Of a stretch of 64,000 nt of DNA, positions 63,750 through 64,000 are shown in pieces; within the stretch, counting starts at the first letter, position 1, and every line of letters starts with the position of its first letter. Where the stretch lies: assembly GCA_963848295.1 (NCBI GenBank), contig CAWKDB010000010.1:3584001-3648000 (forward strand). Reading direction: 5' to 3'. Source of the DNA: an uncultured delta proteobacterium (lineage in GTDB: Bacteria; Myxococcota_A; Polyangia; Haliangiales; Haliangiaceae). The notes below the pieces were generated by a model. It was not told where the DNA came from. It saw nothing but the letters and a program-made list of their open reading frames with translations, and made no database searches. A program made the position numbers and the translations under genes.

Positions 63750-64000
63750 ATGCGCAGCGTGGGACTCGTCGCCGTCGTCATGATCACCGCCGGGAGTGCG
63801 TTCGCCGATCCGGCGGGGCCGCCCGGGCTCGCGCAAACCATCCCGCCGCCGCCAGCCCCGGTCGCCACTGGACCGCTCGACGATATGGCGCACGCCGCCG
63901 GCTCGGAGCGCGGCTTGTTGTTCGACACCGCGATGACCGTACCCGCGGGTAGCGTCGACCTCGGTGGCCGCTGCTGCTTCGATGCGGGTGCGGTCGATGC
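63750..64000 (+). CDS. Secreted hypothetical protein, 3' partial
   Basis: Translated by hand: MRSVGLVAVVMITAGSAFADPAGPPG...; the frame stays open to the window end. Confidence 0.65.
   Translation, partial: MRSVGLVAVVMITAGSAFADPAGPPGLAQTIPPPPAPVATGPLDDMAHAAGSERGLLFDTAMTVPAGSVDLGGRCCFDAGAVD

Overview
High-GC (roughly 70%) bacterial chromosomal DNA, most likely Myxococcota (inferred from a Myxococcales-type ECF sigma factor paired with a Ser/Thr kinase, many Cys-rich lipoproteins and PilT). It holds about 55 genes. No rRNA, tRNA, CRISPR array or transposase was seen. Housekeeping and metabolic genes: selD, glmU, trpS, queE, nrdR, citrate synthase, 1-Cys peroxiredoxin and two SDRs. Also present are a MarR-controlled RND pump, a REC-GGDEF-EAL gene next to pilT, and a metal-homeostasis region at 32.5-45.2 kb. 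Most notable: (1) a His-rich leader ORF ending in an RGPP ribosome-arrest-like motif, upstream of a TonB-dependent receptor and a lipoprotein with three 6-Cys modules; (2) a copper cluster containing an unannotated 48-aa exported metallothionein-like peptide and an ECF/Cys-containing membrane partner pair; (3) ten copies of a 25-bp GGGGACGG...TGTCAACC repeat in three clusters, polarised at gene 3' ends; (4) a STAS/Zn-ribbon plus RsbW-like partner-switching pair; (5) widespread TANNNT boxes 5-7 nt before start codons, suggesting leaderless mRNAs. Several genes carry small frameshifts that look like long-read errors. All assignments come from reading motifs by eye; no searches were run.
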